This document shows positions 62,325 to 64,000 of a stretch of 64,000 nt of DNA, piece by piece. Made by a program: the position numbers and the translations under genes. The stretch's first letter is position 1; the number at the start of each line of letters is the position of its first letter. Origin of the DNA: an uncultured Muribaculaceae bacterium (GTDB taxonomy: Bacteria > Bacteroidota > Bacteroidia > Bacteroidales > Muribaculaceae); contig CAZLSW010000001.1 in NCBI GenBank assembly GCA_964562375.1, forward strand, positions 32,871 through 96,870, in the 5' to 3' direction. The notes under the pieces were generated by a model, which saw only the letters and a list, made by a program, of their open reading frames with translations, did not search any database and was not told the origin of the DNA.

Positions 62325-64000
62325 ATGAAACAACATTTACTGCTGGTCCTGGCGCTGGCCGGGAGTACTGCCGCCGCAGCTTCCACCGTGCATGAGCTGC
62401 GTGGCGTTAAATACGATGTCGACACCGTCGCCTATTACAAGGCCGGTCCAGGCATGATGCACACCCGTCTACGCTATCAAAGTCAAGAGACAACTTCCAA
62501 GCACTTCACTGCCAACGTGCTAACCATCGACTTGAACAACTCGCCCAACCTCGAGCTGCGCATGCACCTTGGGTGTGACTCGGTGCACACCTCCGAGAAA
62601 ATGACCCGCGTGGCCAGCCGTCACCAGGACGACAACAACCAATACGTGGCCTGGATCAACGGCGACTTCTTCATCACCTGGGGCTCAACCCCACTGATGC
62701 TCGGCTACCCCAACATGACGGCTTGCCACCAAGGCCAAATGGCCATCTCTGACAACGTCGACCACGACAACCACATCGACGCCTGGATTATGGACTGGAA
62801 CCGCGGTATGTGGTGCGACCAAACTGTCCTCAACAACACCGCTACCCTCCCCTCGGGCCAGGTGTTGTCGCTGTATGGTGTAAACTTCGCCCGACGCGAC
62901 GATGCCCGACGCGACGCCGAGGACGACTCGTCGGACATCGTCCTTTTCAACCAATATCGCGGTCACTATACCCACTCGGCCGCTGGATGGACCGAGGTTG
63001 CCCTCGAGCTGGCCGACGGCGCTGAGTGGAAAATCAACTCACCTGTTACCCTCAAGGTGGTTTCCGCGCCTTCAACGGGTGGCAACATGGCAATCGCTAC
63101 GGGTGGAGCCGTGCTGGCCGCCGGTCCCTCGGTAGGTTCCACCCTCGCCGCCTTGCAACCCGGTGACGAGGTCACCGTCAACATCGGCCTCACCTTGCCC
63201 ACCTTCGACAACCTTGCCCCCGACGTGAAGGAGGTGGTGGGCGGCGACGTCACCCTCCTGCGCAATGGCGAGGCCGTGATGACAGCCAACCGCTTCATCA
63301 ACTCCCGCGACTCGGAATATCCCCGCACGATGATAGGTTACGACCAGAATCGCACCCGCTTCGTGATGTGCACCGTCGATGGCAAAACGGCTCTAAATAC
63401 GGGAGTTAGCTATCCTCAGGGAGCCGAGCTGATGCGTTGCCTGGGATGCTGGGACGCTCTCGACCTCGACGGTGGCGGCTCAACCATGATGTGGCTCCAA
63501 CAGGAAGGCTTCGTCAACACCCCAAGCGACGGCTCGGAGCGCGCCGTTGGCTCGGGCCTATTCGCCGTAATCACCTCGCCCAACGACAACGAGGTGACCG
63601 AAATCAGTTTCTACGACCAGTCGAAGACCATCCCCCAATACGGCTACTACACCCCTAAAGTGTTGGCTTACAACCAGTATGGCCAGTTGATAGATATGGA
63701 GTTTACCGACTATACCCTGTCGGCTCCCGCTGGCACGGTTACAATAAGCGACGACGGTCGCTCGATCATGGCCCCGCAGCCCTGCTCATTTGCCCTCACC
63801 GCCACCTACGGCGACGCCACGGCCACCATCCCCGTCTACGTGGCTCAGGCGAGCGAGATCGCGCTGGGTTACAGCTCGTTGCTCATCGACAACATTCACC
63901 CCGTCACCATCCCCGCCAACGCGGTGGTCGACGGTGACCTGATGCCCCTCGACGCCGCCGCGCTGGCCTGGAACACCACCGACGCCGCTGTGGCCGCTAT
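62325..64000 (+). CDS. Phosphodiester glycosidase family protein (NAGPA/DUF2233-like), secreted, 3'-truncated by the window edge
   Basis: Hand translation from the ATG at 62325 gives signal peptide MKQHLLLVLALAGSTAAAAS and the DALDLDGGGSTMMW motif. Open to the window end, so absent from the ORF track. Confidence 0.75.
   Translation, partial: MKQHLLLVLALAGSTAAAASTVHELRGVKYDVDTVAYYKAGPGMMHTRLRYQSQETTSKHFTANVLTIDLNNSPNLELRMHLGCDSVHTSEKMTRVASRHQDDNNQYVAWINGDFFITWGSTPLMLGYPNMTACHQGQMAISDNVDHDNHIDAWIMDWNRGMWCDQTVLNNTATLPSGQVLSLYGVNFARRDDARRDAEDDSSDIVLFNQYRGHYTHSAAGWTEVALELADGAEWKINSPVTLKVVSAPSTGGNMAIATGGAVLAAGPSVGSTLAALQPGDEVTVNIGLTLPTFDNLAPDVKEVVGGDVTLLRNGEAVMTANRFINSRDSEYPRTMIGYDQNRTRFVMCTVDGKTALNTGVSYPQGAELMRCLGCWDALDLDGGGSTMMWLQQEGFVNTPSDGSERAVGSGLFAVITSPNDNEVTEISFYDQSKTIPQYGYYTPKVLAYNQYGQLIDMEFTDYTLSAPAGTVTISDDGRSIMAPQPCSFALTATYGDATATIPVYVAQASEIALGYSSLLIDNIHPVTIPANAVVDGDLMPLDAAALAWNTTDAAVAA

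Overview
This is a GC-rich chromosomal segment of a Bacteroidota (Bacteroidales-like) genome. Supporting signs are TAnnTTTG -7 promoter boxes, T9SS C-terminal sorting domains, no Shine-Dalgarno sites and lipoprotein signal peptides. Most genes are housekeeping: ferritin, nagB, two FKBP isomerases, vsr, nadA, leuS, rdgB, lepB, dapB, asnS, mutS, ybeY, mnmG, apt, tRNA-Pro, purD, fba, proB, parAB and others. A perfect parS site, parAB, mnmG and an AT-rich cluster of DnaA-box-like repeats suggest the window lies near the replication origin. Three things stand out. (1) Phage-head-like genes sit in two separate loci among core genes: a portal-like gene with small companions at 16.1-19.2 kb, and an HK97/SU10-type capsid-like gene with a scaffold-like ORF at 53.5-55.4 kb. 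Neither locus has a terminase, tail, integrase or lysis gene. (2) A REP-like palindromic element (GTCGGGCCG-TGT-CGGCCCGAC) occurs about 30 times, usually in intergenic clusters. It is also inserted in frame inside pdxB, proB and a transporter gene, and it abuts or supplies several stop codons. (3) Many intergenic regions carry arrays of 7-, 8- and 10-nt tandem repeats, some arranged as modular 5' leaders or long inverted arrays. All protein calls rest on motifs I recognise by eye; no database search was run.
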